From Octopus sinensis (Eukaryota), in assembly GCF_006345805.1 (NCBI RefSeq), contig NC_043022.1, positions 5,208,001 to 5,272,000 on the forward strand: a stretch of 64,000 nucleotides of DNA. The letters are read 5' to 3'. Below the pieces are notes generated by a model. The model was not told the DNA's origin. It saw nothing but the letters and a program-made list of their open reading frames with translations, and ran no database searches. Positions 1 through 13,939 of the stretch are shown one piece after another. Made by a program: the position numbers and the translations under genes. Position 1 is the first letter of the stretch; every line of letters begins with the position of its first letter.

Positions 1-27
1 CTGTGCTGATGTGTCACATTATATGGA

Positions 28-445
28 GCCTGTGCTGGTGCCACATAAAAACCACCTGTGCCAGTGCCATGTTAAATGCACCTCTGACTGTGCCGCATAA
101 AAAGTACCTGTGTTGGTGTCACATTAAAAGTACCTGTGCTGTTGTCACAGAATGAGCACCTGTGCTGGTGCCGTGTAAAAAGCATCCAGCACACTCTGTG
201 AAGTGTTTGGTGCTAGGAAGGGCATCCAGCTGAAGAAACCTCTCCAAAATAGACTGTAGGACCTGGCGTGGCTCCTGGTATTTCCAACTCCTGTCAAGGT
301 GTCCAACCCATGCCAGCATGGAAAACAGATGCTAAATGATGATGATAATGATGATGATGATGATGATGATGATAATGATGGTGGTGAAGATGATGGTGAT
401 GATGATGATGAAGAGGAGGAGGAGAAGGATGATGACGACGACAAC
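28..445 (+). mobile_element. RTE-type LINE 3' UTR fragment with about 28-bp degenerate tandem units and a (GAT)n tail
   Basis: Repeated cacctgtgctggtgccacataaaaag units, the ggaagggcatccagctg motif, ccaacccatgccagcatgg, then a GAT-rich tail. Confidence 0.7.
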
Positions 446-705
446 AAAAATGCCAGCAAAGTTGAAATGACTATTAAACATGTTTGCAGATGTGGCTGTG
501 TGGTTAAGAAGTTTGCTTTGCAATCACAGGGTTGTGAGTTCCATCTTTTACCAAGTTCTTTTGTCTTGGGTTGACTGATGTCTTTTGATTGATATTTGAT
601 TGACAGAAACTTCAGAAGCTCATCATATGTATTAGAATATCTGTATATAAATATGTGTGTGTGTTTGTGTGTTTATATAATTTAGATGGATATATATATA
701 TATAT

Positions 706-998
706 ATCACGTGATCACGTGACCGACCAGACCATCAGATGCTGTTACACATCGCTGGTCACAATGCATTCGCATTGTTTTAGCCTTCGAATGACGCCAC
801 CCCGCTGGCTAAGTGAGCAGGCCAACAGAAGAAAGAGTGATGAAAGAGTACAGCAGGGATCACTACCCCCTGCTGGAGCGTCGTGGAGCTTTTAGGTGTT
901 TTCGCTCAATAAACACTCACAACGCCCGGTCTGGGAATCGAAACCGCAATCCTGTGACCGCGAGTCCGCTGCCCTAACCACTGGGCCATTGTGCCTCC
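706..998 (-). mobile_element. tRNA-derived SINE (type B head)
   Basis: Minus starts ggaggcacaatggcccagtggttagggcagcggactcgcggtcacaggattgcggtttcgattcccagacc (A/B boxes). Body recurs at 28380-28517 and 57250-57432. Confidence 0.8.
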
Positions 999-1000
999 TT

Positions 1001-1048
<48 letters not shown>

Positions 1049-1189
1049 CCAGAGACACACCTAGACATGACAGAAGTAAATTGACACCCTTATGATCATT
1101 ATTATAATCATTATTTATTTTAATCTGAAATTATTCTTTCACATTATTTATTAATTATTATAATTTGAATATTTAGTATTTAGTAGACA

Positions 1190-1800
1190 TGTCCTTTGCA
1201 TTTTCCAATGCAACGACCCTATAAGGCATGTTACTGATCAGATGATGAATATTCTCTTACAAAATTTCTTTCCAAGTTTCATGCAGTAATCTCAAAAGAT
1301 CTGGCTTTGAAGAGGATTTCTTGTTCTTTTTATGAGGTGTCCTCTCCATTATGCCCCAGAGGTGTTCAATAGGGTTCATATCTGGTGACTGGCTTCACCA
1401 TGGAAGCTTTTTAATGCCATTCTCATCTAACAAATCTTGGGTCATTTTAGCCCCATCTTCCATGAATAAAGAGTCTTCTTTAATCATTTAACAACTGGAG
1501 AAGATTGGAAGGAGTCTTTTCTGCAGTATGGACACATATTTATTTGAGTTTATCTTTCCCTCACACTCCACCAGCTCTGATCAACCATTGCTCTAAATTG
1601 CTCCCCAGACCATCACAGAATAGCTGCCATGTTTTGTTGTTGGCTGCAATCTTTTTACATCAAATTCTTGATCACAGAGTTTCCAGACCCACACTCAACC
1701 ACTGTCAGGAAATACAGCAAATCTGGATTTATGTTCATCTGAGTTAACTCCCCTTACATTAACTCTCGTTTCATTTTGCACTTCATATTACTTGAGGTTG
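1190..1800 (-). pseudogene. Tc1-like transposase fossil
   Basis: Minus translation gives VMVWGAI, FMEDGA and KLPW*SQSPDMNPIEHLWGIME, with stops. Confidence 0.8.
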
Positions 1801-1858
1801 GTTGAATAAGTTCTAAACATAGTAATGGCCATTGATATAATCAACAGAAGCTCTAGAA

Positions 1859-2035
1859 CAGGGGTTCCCAACTGGTGGCTCCTGACCCCCTGAGGGGTCA
1901 CGTAGCCTTGCTAGAAGTGGCTTGGGATAATATTAATTTCATAAAATGTAAATGAAACTGCTGATAGTAAGGGGGCGCGTGGGTTTCAAGCTTTTGCATT
2001 ATGGGTCGCGAGTGCAAAGACATTGGGAACTGCTG
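1859..2035. mobile_element. hAT (Charlie-like) MITE, 177 bp
   Basis: TIRs CAGGGGTTCCCAA / reverse complement CAGCAGTTCCCAA; perfect 8-bp TSD CTCTAGAA at 1851-1858 and 2036-2043. Confidence 0.85.
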
Positions 2036-2733
2036 CTCTAGAATGTGATGCTCCAGCATGGCTGCAGTAAACAAAAAATGTAAAATAATGGAATTCAGCC
2101 GGAAATCTCTTTTTGGTATCAGAAAGAAGTTTTCTTATTGTAAATGGCAGTAATACAATGAAAAAACTTTTAAGTGATTGATTTACCAGGAAAAGGTGTT
2201 AACTCCTTTGTTGCAGACAAATAGCCATATGTTTCATCCTGACAGGTTTTCAAAGGAATGGAAAATTACAATTAAAAATGCAGAGGAATATTTAAATGCA
2301 AGGATACTGTAAATGTAGATGAAGAAATTTTAAATTGAATGAAAGAGAAGTCTATGAAGTGCAGAGAAAATATGCTGCAATAGAGTCAGATGGAGATAAA
2401 CAGAATTGTTGTGAGAAATGTATTTATATGTGAAGTGAGATTGGAGTCTGTGTAAATAGAGAAGTTTTGATGAAATTACATGACTGAAAACAAAAGGAGA
2501 AAGTGAGAAAGTAACAGATGACAAAGAGAAGTGGAAATAATAATTCATTTTTTTGTAAATCGGGTGAAATAACACAGGTGTGTAAATATTTTACCTGACA
2601 GGAAAATAAAGGGTGCAGCAAAAAAAAAATCTTGCTCATTTTACAGATTGTTAAACATTTAAGTAGCAAACGTGTGAAAAGCACCCATCTAAACCATGAT
2701 GGTAATTGAAAAAAAATGATAAAATATTAGCTA

Positions 2734-3641
2734 CAGTGTGTCTGGGCTAAATTTGATAATCTGCAAAGAAGGAAAAGAAAACAGATTCTCATCCAAAGAC
2801 AAATGTATTTTAAAAATCAAAAAATATCAATTAGATTTTGGCAGGGAAATAACAGTTTACTCAAAGTAGCTTCCTTCACCTTCCAGCCATGGCCTCCAAA
2901 CAGCTCTGGAACATGGTATATGCATTCCTCACTGTATCACTGTGAAGATCTTTAAATGCCTCCTTGATCTTGGCCACCAGCTCAGCCTTGGTGCTGCAAG
3001 CAGAGCAGTTGGTGTCTTCCTCAACCATTCATCCATGCCCAACACATGGAAATCCATGAGATTACAATTGAAGAACTTAGGAGGTCAGAAATTGGGGCTG
3101 GTGGAATTGTAGAAATTCTCCAACAATCATTTCTGATTCTTTCTCGAGATATGGCAAGGAACCGAATCTTGCTGCCATGCATATGGCCTTCCAACAGCAA
3201 TCCTCTCCAGCCAGGGTTTGGCCTCAATGTTCAGCAGCTTTGCATAACTGCCTGAATTGAGCCTAAGGCCCTGTTCAAAGATGTGGGGCAGCATGATGTT
3301 ACCCTCACTGGAGGTAAAGCCAAAGACCATCACAGTTTGGGGGAACTCGGTTTTCATGACGTCCATGTCATGTCCTAAGCCTTTACAGTGTTCATGGAAC
3401 AATGAGCAGCAGTCATGATGTTCGTCTTCTGATACCTGTCACAAATCATCATGATACAGGTGACTCTTTTCCAATACTCAGAGGACCTCCAGTCCTCCAT
3501 GTCAGCTAACTTTCTCTCAACTACAACTTTGATCTTGATGCTCTCCAACACCATTGACTGTTCACCCATACAACAAGCTGTTCCTGACAAAAAAAGGGAG
3601 ACTAAAAAGAAGAAAGATCATCAGATTTAACCTGAACACTT
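2734..3641 (-). mobile_element. maT (DD37D) Tc1/mariner element, internally deleted
   Basis: VMVFGFTSSEG...WQQDSVPCH...*PP...NCNLMD, with exactly 37 residues between the last two Asp. Degenerate TIRs flanked by TA at both ends. Confidence 0.75.
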
Positions 3642-3749
3642 TATATGAATCAACCATCGTCACTGGCCCGGCTTTACCCATGCCACATCAATGGCCATGC
3701 TAAAAATGGGAAGTTCTGTTGTCAAGTCCCTACAACATAGAAATTTATT

Positions 3750-3902
3750 TCTGTGTGGTAAGTAGCTTGCTTACCAACCACATGGTTCCAGGTTCAGTCC
3801 CACTGCGTGGCATCTTGGGCAAGTGTCTTCTGCTATAGCCCCGGGCCGACCAATGCCTTGTGAGTGGATTTGGTAGACGGAAACTGAAAGAAGCCTGTCG
3901 TA

Positions 3903-3963
<61 letters not shown>

Positions 3964-4190
3964 ACGTGTTTGTGTGTCTGTGTTTGTCCCCCTAGCATTG
4001 CATGACAACCGATGCTGGTGTGTTTACGTCCCCGTCACTTAGCGGTTCGGCAAAAGAGACTGATAGAATAAGTACTGGGCTTACAAAGAATAAGTCATGG
4101 TGTCGATTTGCTTTACTAAAGGTGGTGCTCCAGCATGGCTGCAGTCAAATGACTGAAACAAGTAAAAAAGTAAAGTAAAGTAAAGTAATA
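3750..4190 (+). mobile_element. tRNA-derived SINE type A (CORE-like ccttgggcaag, internal TA/TG microsatellite, AGTAAA tail)
   Basis: About 400-bp family; near-identical copies occur throughout the window. Confidence 0.9.
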
Positions 4191-4483
4191 AAATTGAACA
4201 GAACAGTGTTAATTATTGTAAAAGAAGCTATAATTAATAGATAATGAATGTAATTATGTTAAGGGAATAAATAAACAAAAACCACTCCTCTTCAACCCCA
4301 GGGTTTATCTAAAAATCATTGTTTACTTCTCCCAAAACTTTTGCATTTCATCTCATTTCACTTTCTCAACCTTTATTTTTCCTCCCATTCGATTTTATTT
4401 TTATAAAAGAACAAAAGTGGTGTTTAAAATTCATTACAACTGTTTTGGCAGCATTCTAGCTGGTGAAATTCTAGGTTTTTATA

Positions 4484-4878
4484 TACTCTTTTACTCTTTT
4501 ACTTGTTTCAGTCATTTGACTGCGGCCATGCTGGAGCACCGCCTTTAGTCGAGCAAATCGACCCCGGGACTTATTCTTTGTAAGCCCAGTACTTATTCTA
4601 TCAGTCTCTTTTGCCGAACTGCTAAACACACCAGCATCGGTTGTCAAGCAATGCTAGGTGGACAAACACAGACACACAAACACACACACATACATATATA
4701 TATATACATATATACGACAGGCTTCTTTCAGTTTCCGTCTACCAAATCTACTCACAAGGCATTGGTCGGCCCGGGGCTATAGCAGAAGACACTTGCCCAA
4801 GATGCCACGCAGTGGGACTGAACCCGGAACCATGTGGTTGTTTAACAAGCTACTTACCACACAGCCACTCCTGCGCCT
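4484..4878 (-). mobile_element. SINE type A
   Basis: Full-length reverse copy, from the tactcttttactc tail to cctgcgcct. Confidence 0.9.
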
Positions 4879-5044
4879 GTTTAGAATTTTACCTGAGGCT
4901 GGGGAATTTATGCTATGATGTAATCTATGAAATGCTACTGAAATAGCTGAAGCAAATTGTAAAACTCACCTGTGTTCTTTTTTTATACTTATGCCGCACC
5001 TGGAACCAACCCTAAGTCAAATCTATGGCTTTTATTGGATTTAA

Positions 5045-5103
5045 TATCTATCTATCTATCTATCTACCTACCCACCTATCTATCTATCTATCTATCTATC
5101 TAG

Positions 5104-5134
<31 letters not shown>

Positions 5135-5870
5135 CCCACCTATCTATCTATCTATCTATCTACCTACCCACCTATCTATCTATCCATCAATCCATACATC
5201 CCCCCTCCCTCCATCCATCCATCCCTCCATCCATCCCTCCATCCCTCCATCCATCCCTCCATCCCTCCCTCCATCCATCCATCCCTCCATCCATCCCTCC
5301 ATCCCTCCATCCATCCTTCCATCCCTCCCTCCATCCATCCATCCATCCATCCCTCCATCCATCCCTCCATCCATCCATCCCTCCATCTATCTATCTATCC
5401 CTCCCTCCATCCATCCATCCATCCCTCCATCCATCCCTCCATCCCTCCATCCATCCCTCCATCCCTCCCTCCATCCATCCATCCTCCATCCCTCCATCCA
5501 TCCTTCCATCCCTCCCTCCCTCCATCCATCCATCCATCCCTCCATCCATCCCTCCATCCATCCATCCCTCCATCTATCTATCTATCCCTCCCTCCATCCA
5601 TCCATCCATCCCTCCATCCATCCCTCCCTCCATCCATCCATCCCTCCATCTATCCCTCCATCCATCCTCCATCCATCCATCCATCCCTCCATCTATCCCT
5701 CCATCCATCCCTCCATCCCTCCATCCATCCCTCCATCCCTCCATCTATCTATCTATCCCTCCCTCCCTCCATCCATCCATCCCTCCATCTATCCCTCCAT
5801 CCATCCATCCATCTATCCATCCCTCCCTCCCTCCATCCATCCATCCATACTTCTATCTACCTGCTTCACA
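5045..5870. repeat. Compound (TCTA)n to (TCCA/TCCC)n microsatellite
   Basis: Direct reading of tetranucleotide units. Confidence 0.95.
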
Positions 5871-6287
5871 CTACCCACGCATGACACCTAATGACTGCTT
5901 TCCCTTACTGTGGACTCAGTGTTATGGTACCCAATGTCATGGTACTACCCAGCCAATCCTGGCATCTCATTTGTTGATATGCCTAGATTCTGATGAACTT
6001 TGTAGCTAATTAAAATTTCATTATATTTAGACAGCCCCTTCCCTCAAATAGTCCTTTCCATGTTTAACTCTAAATTCTTCTTCATTTTAAAAGTTCATGA
6101 GTAGCTAAAATAAGACACATGCCTGAATTATTTTCATGACAACAAATCACAATTATCTTTTGATAATCTGTTTAAAAAAGTATCTCTGTTGCCAGGGCTG
6201 GCTCGAGGTACCAGCAACTTGGGCAGCCACCTTGGGTGCCAAGGAGGGTGTGACAAAGACAAGGAAACTTCCACAACTTCCACAAAT

Positions 6288-6674
6288 AGGCGCAGGAGTA
6301 GCTGTGTGGTAAGTAGCTTATTTACCAACCACATGGTTCCGGGTTCAGTCCCACTGCGTGGCACCTTGGGCAAGTGCCTCGGGCCGACCAAAGCCTTGTG
6401 AGTGGATTTGGTAGACAGAAACTGAAAGAAGCCCGTCGTATATATGTATATATATATATATATGCGTGTGTGTGTTTGTCCCCCTAGCATTGCTTGACAA
6501 CTGATGCTGGTGTGTTTATGTCCCCGTTACTTAGCGGTTCGGCAAAAGAGACCGATAGAATAAGTACTGGGCTTACAAAAGAATAAGTCCCGGGGTCGAG
6601 TTGCTCGATTAAAGGCGGTGCTCCAGCATGGCCGCAGTCAAATGAGTGAAACAAGTAAAAGAGTAAAAGAGTAA
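6288..6674 (+). mobile_element. SINE type A (small internal deletion)
   Basis: aggcgcaggagtagctgtgtggtaag ... gtaaaagagtaaaagagtaa. Confidence 0.9.
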
Positions 6675-6994
6675 CTGTCAGCATGTCCATGCCAAAGTTC
6701 AGCTTGTGTGAGGTGCCAGCAGCCCTAGACCTGGCCCTGTCTGTTGCTGAAGTTTTGTATTGATCAGGTGGTATTAAATGTACAAACATTGTTATCCTTC
6801 AAATTCCATTCAAATTTTGACAATGCTGTGGTGTTGTCTATAAGCCAAAAGTTAGCCTCTTCATTTAAATACCAGTGCTTGAAACAGCTTTCTCACATTA
6901 TGATGTATGATTTAGCAGATTGTGTCATCTGAGCCAAACATTGTAGCTTGGTAGATTAGGGACTTAGCTTTGCTTAAATTATCCAGGGCATACT

Positions 6995-7166
6995 AGGTGC
7001 AGGAGTGGCTGTGTGGTAAGTAGCTTGCTAACCAACCACATGGTTCCGGGTTCAGTCCCACTGCGTGGATTCTTGGGCAAGTGTCTTCTGCTATAGCCCC
7101 GGGCCGACCAATGCCTTGTGAGTGGATTTGGTAGACGGAAACTGAAAGAAGCCTGTCGTATATATG

Positions 7167-7205
<39 letters not shown>

Positions 7206-7435
7206 ATATATATATATATGTATGTGTGTCTGTGTTTGTCCCCCTAGCATTGCTTGACAACCGATGCTGGTGTGTTTATGTCCCCGTTACTTAGCGGTTC
7301 GGAAAAAGAGACCGATAGAATAAGTACTGGGCTTACAAAAAAAGAATAAGTTCCGGGGTCGAGTTGCTCGACAAAAGGCGGTGCTCCAGCATGGCCGCAG
7401 TCAAATGACTGAAACAAGTAAAAGAGTAAAAGAGT
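6995..7435 (+). mobile_element. SINE type A
   Basis: Full-length copy. Confidence 0.9.
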
Positions 7436-7724
7436 ATACTGTTTTGGCAGTTGCAGTTCTGTATATTTGCATTCTGATGACTGTTTACAGAATCGTTGAG
7501 TGACTTTTTCTTGGGGTGGTTCCTATCATTTATTGCCAGTGATGGTGTCCACCATATTAGTTATGCAATTATGGTTAACTTTTAAGTTTTGCTGAATTAA
7601 TAAGTTAGAATATTTATGATTTGTAGGGAAATATTTCTGGATCAGGTTTGAGAATTTCTTGGTAATTCTAGATTTCATATTAAGACTGAAAGAGGGATTA
7701 AACCGGATTATATTACAGTGAATT

Positions 7725-7725
7725 T

Positions 7726-7756
<31 letters not shown>

Positions 7757-8043
7757 GTCTTTCTTTCTTTCTTTCTCTCTTTCTTTCTTTCTTTTTTCTT
7801 TCTCTCTTTCTCTCTTTCACTCTTTCTTTTTTTCTTTCTCTCTTTCTTTCTTTCTTTCTTTCTCTCTTTCTCTTTTTCTTTCTTTCTTTCTTTCTTTCTC
7901 TCTTTCTTTTTTTCTTTCTCTCTTACTTTCTTTCTTTTTTTCTTTCTCTCTTTCTTTTCTTTCACTCTTTCTCTCTTTCTTTCCCTCTTTCTTTCTTTTT
8001 TCTTTCTTTCCCTCTTTCTCTCTTTCCCTCTTTCTTTCTTTCC

Positions 8044-8095
<52 letters not shown>
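7725..8095. repeat. (TCTT)n polypyrimidine tract
   Basis: About 370 bp, almost exclusively C/T. Confidence 0.95.
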
Positions 8096-9168
8096 GCTGT
8101 TGTTACCACCATCATCATGAACATCATTCTTATTTATCATTTGTTCAGGCGTGGGTATGGAAACTCATTCCACTCATGAAATCCAATATTCTCCGTAGTT
8201 TTGCTGCTGTAACTTACAGTTCTGTCGAATGTCTCCTTCTCCCTGAGGTGATGCTGGAAATTCTTCCACCAATATTTCTGACGATTCTTTTAAAAACATC
8301 GACTGGTTTATTGGTGTTTAGGAAAATGGTACAATGTGAATGAAAAGAAAAAGGGTAAGAGGTAGGTGATACACCTGGGGAGAAATGGAGCTTGTGAGGA
8401 ATCCTACAAGGCTAGAAAAGCATGAATCATTAGAGTAAAGGGTACTGGTTGTTGCTGTTGTTGTTTAACCCTAGGTCAGCTCCATCTAGTGAACCAAGGA
8501 TCAAATGTGTTCCATAAGGTTACTATTACACTCTGTTTAATAGTGCCCTCTATATAATATAAATAAATAAATTTAAAAGAAAATAATTGATGTTTTTTTT
8601 TCTCTTATGAGGTTTTTCATGCTAACTACTTGATAAATTTTTATGAAGATTTTATCCTATTTTTAAATTGTAAATTTAACCGGAGTATATTCAATAATAA
8701 ATTTTTATTCCAAATAAGCACGTTGTTACTGCAATGCAATTCGAAAAAGCCCACCATTTATATAGATGCATAAGAGGTAAACATTCCTACATGCTACGTT
8801 GGATACGATAGCTGTTCGCTTGGTATGTTGTTTTTGTTTATTCATTATATATCTTGAATTATGCTTGCACTGAAGAGTAAAAAGTGCATAATACTGCACC
8901 GATTACGAAATCACAGTGTGATATGCAGCTAAATTCTGTTTTTAAATTACCTGCTTTGAGAATTGTTTTGGTACAATGTGTTTATTTATTTTAGTAGTTT
9001 TGACTTTAAGAGTCCCTCTTAATGTGAAGCATCTATGTGTAATAGTTCCCTCTATATAATATAGATAAATTAATTTAAAAGTAAAAATTGATGGGGTTTT
9101 TTCTCTTATGAGGTTTTTCATGCTAACTGCTTGATAAATTCTATGAAGATTTTATCCTATTTTAAAAT

Positions 9169-9244
<76 letters not shown>

Positions 9245-9363
9245 TATGTGGTGTGTGTGGTGTGTATGTATATATTTATATATGTATATATTATTTTATT
9301 ATTATTTGATTGAATGCCACGCATCCATTTCCAAGTACGTTTATCTATCTATCGATCTTTCTG

Positions 9364-9454
<91 letters not shown>

Positions 9455-9681
9455 ACATATACATATATACTTTCAATCAAGTAATAATATAAATAATATA
9501 TACATGAACATATATAAATAGAAGATACAAATATTACAGGCATCCCCCCACATACACACACTAAATAAACATAAACGCACATAGAGATATAAGCATGCGC
9601 AAATGAAGACATACAATAGAAATACAAAATGGCTAACGGTTAGTAAGGAGAGACACAAATAAGAAAGAAGAAAACAAAGGA

Positions 9682-9721
9682 CCACTGATGCGGTCACAGG
9701 AGTGTGACGAAAGAACTCTGG
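9682..9721 (+). ncRNA. Degenerate hammerhead-like motif
   Basis: CCA CTGATGC g GTCACA-ggag-TGTGAC GAAA gaactc TGG. Perfect 6-bp stem II, but A9 is changed and there is no clean cleavage triplet. Confidence 0.3.
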
Positions 9722-9854
9722 CCGAAATAAGATTAAGATTAATGTAAAAAATAAATAACACTGAAGCAAAATAACACCAAATATATAGTGCGAGTGTTTT
9801 TATTGGCTAAACTGGCAAAATGACCATTCCAAAATATAACAATATTTATATATA

Positions 9855-10254
9855 TACTCTTTTACTCTTTTACTTGTTTCAGTCATTTGACTGTGGCAAT
9901 GCTGAAGCACCACCTTTAGTCAAACAAATCAACCCCAGGACTTATTCTTTGTAAGCCTAGTACTTATTCTATCAGTCTCTTTTGCTGAACTGTTAAGGTA
10001 TGGGGACGTAAACACACCAGTATCGGTTGTCAAATTATGTTGAGGGGACAAACACAGACACACAAACATACGCACACACATACATATATACGACAGGCTT
10101 CTTTCAGTTTCTGTCTACCAAATCCACTCACAAGGTTTTGGTTGGCCCAAGGCTATAGGAGAAGACACTTGCCCAAGGTGCCACACAGTGGGACTGAACC
10201 AGGAACCATGTGGTTCATAAGCAAGCTACTTACTACACAGTCACTCCTACGCCT
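9855..10254 (-). mobile_element. SINE type A (older, diverged)
   Basis: Full-length reverse copy with scattered substitutions. Confidence 0.85.
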
Positions 10255-10268
10255 GTGTGTGTGTGTAT

Positions 10269-10317
<49 letters not shown>

Positions 10318-10358
10318 TGAATGATGATGATAATCTCTCCCTGTTTATTTCTGTGTTC

Positions 10359-10394
10359 CTTTCTGTCAAAGAGCGTAGGCTTGAAACGTAAAAG
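10359..10394 (+). ncRNA. Degenerate copy of the variant-core hammerhead-like motif
   Basis: CTTT CTGTCAA a GAGC gtag GCTT GAAA CG TA AAAG; same family as 25315-25350. Confidence 0.4.
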
Positions 10395-10699
10395 ACTTTC
10401 TCACTTCCGAGCGTTGTTGTTACACACCTGTCTTCTCTTTTGTTTTTTGTAAATTCTCACTATATGTGTTGTGTATGTGTGTGTGTTGTATATATATATA
10501 TATATTAATATATATATATATATATATTGAGAGAGAGAGAGAGAGAGGAGAATATTTAAGAGATGTTATGTTTGTGAAGTTTTGTGATTGAAGCAGAAAT
10601 TATAGTAGTCTAAGTGGGTGTTTAATGTTGAAGCGTATAGGGGTTGTTGTGGGGGTGTGGGACAGGGGGGAAATGTGTTCCAGAAGTTGACAAGGGATA

Positions 10700-10795
10700 G
10701 AATATCGGAGAAGGGATGTTTAGAGTGTAGGAGAGGGAGAGGGAGAGAAAGAGAGAGTATAGAGGAAAAGGATAGGGAGAGATAGAGGAGAAAAA

Positions 10796-10826
<31 letters not shown>

Positions 10827-11457
10827 GGACACAGAGAGGGGGTAGGTAGGCAGACAGGTAAGTGGGTTGAGGTGAGTGAGAGAAAGAGAGTGACAGATGG
10901 AAAGAAGGAGAGAGGGGAGTAAATTGTAAAGAAGTGCGACTTAGAGAGATGGAGTCAGAGGGAAAGAGAGATGAGGAGAGAGAAAAAGAGAGAGATTAAG
11001 AAACTTGGGGACAAAAAGAACTGAGAGAAAGAAAGTGAGATTGTGTGTGTGTGAGAGAGAGGGAGGAAGAGAGAAGGAGAGAGAGACTTGAGGAGAGAAT
11101 TAGGGAAAAAGAGTGAAATAGAGAGAGAAGGAGAGAAGTAATAAAATAGATGAATAGACAGACAGACAGACAGACAGCTAGGTAGGTGGGTAGGTGGATG
11201 GATGGAGAGATAGACCGATAGACAGACTGATTGATTGATAGACAGATAGATAAATAGATAAATGGATTGATAGACAAAGAGGTAGATCGATAGATAGGTA
11301 CATAGATAGATAGATAGAGGATATAGACAGACAGATAGATCGATAGATAGATCAATAGATAGATAGATAGATCGATCGATAGATAGATAGATAGGTAGGT
11401 AGATAGGTAGGTAGATAGATAGATAGATAGACAGATTGATTGATTAGATAGATAGAC

Positions 11458-11488
<31 letters not shown>

Positions 11489-11550
11489 CAGATAGATTGA
11501 TAGATCGATAGATAGATAGATCGATCGATAGATAGATATAGATAGATGAG
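10700..11550. repeat. Purine-rich (GA)n / (GATA)n compound microsatellite
   Basis: Direct reading. Confidence 0.9.
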
Positions 11551-12365
11551 TGAAAAAAAGAGAAGAATGGTCAGTTGTAAGATTTAGGTGAAATAGATAT
11601 AAACATGATTGAGGTAAAATAGTCCGAAATGTTGTTTTATTTAATCTGACATGCAACAGTTACGGGATTTAATATTATACATTAAAGGTGACAAAATTTC
11701 TCTTTGTGCATGTATGTGTGTGCGTGTGTGCATGTGTGTATGTGTCTATATGATTATGTGTGGATGTATGTGTGTGTGTGTGTGCATGTGTGTATGTGTC
11801 TATATGATTATGTGTGGATGTATGTGTGTGCATGAAGGAGAAGAAACAAAAGAACGGAAGAGGAGGAAGAAGAAATTGAAGAAGAAGGAGAAGAAGAGGA
11901 GGAGGAGGAGGAGGAGGAAGAGGAGTAGAAAGAAGCCAATAGTATTTTCGTCCAACCAATGGTTGATGTGAATCTCAATTGTATGGCGTTTGATTTTATG
12001 TCTGTTAATGGGTGCTTTTCTTTTGCAAGTTGCGAAACAAAGAGGGCAGTTAAGATCCATTAACATCCACAGGCACCGACAACGACAACAACAACAACGA
12101 CAGCTAGTACTACAACATGAACCACGACAGCCGTCCACCACCGTTTACAACAACCTCAACAACAATGACAACAATAACAAAAGCGATCAACACTGCAATT
12201 ATCCATGTCTTCAGTTATCGAACTTAACGGTAAATGTTGAGAGAGAGACACAACATCAAAGTGGAATTTTCTCCTTCATTCTCTTTTTCTTTACTTCGAC
12301 AAGGTGTGTGTGTGTATGTGTGTGTGTGTGTATTTATATAAATACATGTGTATATATATATACAT

Positions 12366-12396
<31 letters not shown>

Positions 12397-12444
12397 AATC
12401 TGTGTATAAAATATGTGTACACCTATGTGCATGTATACATGTGC

Positions 12445-12493
<49 letters not shown>

Positions 12494-13939
12494 TATATAG
12501 TATATGCATAATATATACACACATGTATTTGTATACATACACTTGCACACATGCACACGCATGTACACACACACATATATACATTTATTTACACATAAAT
12601 CTACATAGATATATATCAATCAATCATTCAATCAATCAAAATATCTATCCATCAATCTATATATATGTGTGTGTGTGAGTGTGTGTGTATGTATATATAT
12701 GTGTGTATGTATATATATGTGTGTGCGTGTATATTCATACATGTGTGTGTGTGTATGTATATATGTGTGTATGTATATATATGTGTGTGTGTGTATATTC
12801 ATACATGTGTGTGGGTGTGTGTATATATATATATGCATGTGTGTGTGTGTACACACGTACACACAAACTCACACACACACATCCACATGTCTCCTAGATT
12901 GCACACACACACACACAACACACACACACAGAGAGTTTCTCTCTCCTTCCTGCTCTCCGATATGTAATCAAAAGCCGTTTCCTTTGCGCCCCGGCCCTCA
13001 CCGCTCTCCTCCCGATGGCATCTTCGGTGATTGTACAAAACAAGCTATAAAGAGAGGGACACTAAAACACAACTAGTGCCACCAAATACCAGTGTTTATT
13101 ATTCATAGTTACTAAACTTAATGCTACCGTCTATGATATTCTTCCATTGACGTTTTGTTATTACTTCTTATAGCAGCATCATCATCATATCATCATCATC
13201 ATTGTCATCATCAACATCATTGTCATCATCAACATCGTCATCGTCGTCGTCCTCATCGTCGTCATCATCATCATCATCATCATCATCACTATTATCATTT
13301 TTTTACCTCATTGTCATCGTCATCATCCTCATCATCCTAAGCCCTCTCCTCTCTCCTCCTTCTCCTCCCTCTCCTCCTCCTCCTCCTCCTCTCCTCCTCC
13401 TCATCATCATATCATCATCCTAAGCCTCCACCTCCTTCTCATCATCATCATTACTACCATTGTTCTTTTCACATTGTCATCATCATTGTTGTCGTCATCA
13501 TCATCATCACCTTCAACGTGATCAGCCTCACCATCATCATCATCATAAGCACCACCATCATCATCATCATCACCATCGTCGTCGTCGTCATCATCATCAT
13601 CATTATCACCATTGTTATTGCCGTCACCAGCATCATTGCTATTTGTTTGTCATAAAAATATAATTATAATAATTAATAACAATAGTAATATCGATGGCAG
13701 CAAGGGAGAAGGAGGTGGGGGGGTCTACTTTTGATCAATCTGGAGTTTTATGACATCACCCCCCCCCCATCCCCCCACATATAAACACACAAAATGCAAA
13801 ACAAAGCTTTGTTGAATGTATTTGAAATCTATGGTGTACCACCTCCGCAAAAACATAACACAGCATATTTGCTGACCTGATTATAGATCCAGATTGTCTC
13901 CCATACAAAACGTTTTGTTAAGTTTGTTGTTTTGCCTGT

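Noticed and set aside
3750-3830. tRNA-like heads of SINE types A, B, D and the 52068-52140 relic as tRNA genes
   Set aside because: No complete cloverleaf; they continue into SINE bodies repeated through the window.
5025-5891. 288-aa Pro/Ser/His-rich ORF and similar ORFs (IYIY, VCVC, poly-His, poly-Ser, Lys/Glu-rich) across the window
   Set aside because: Stop-free readings of microsatellites.
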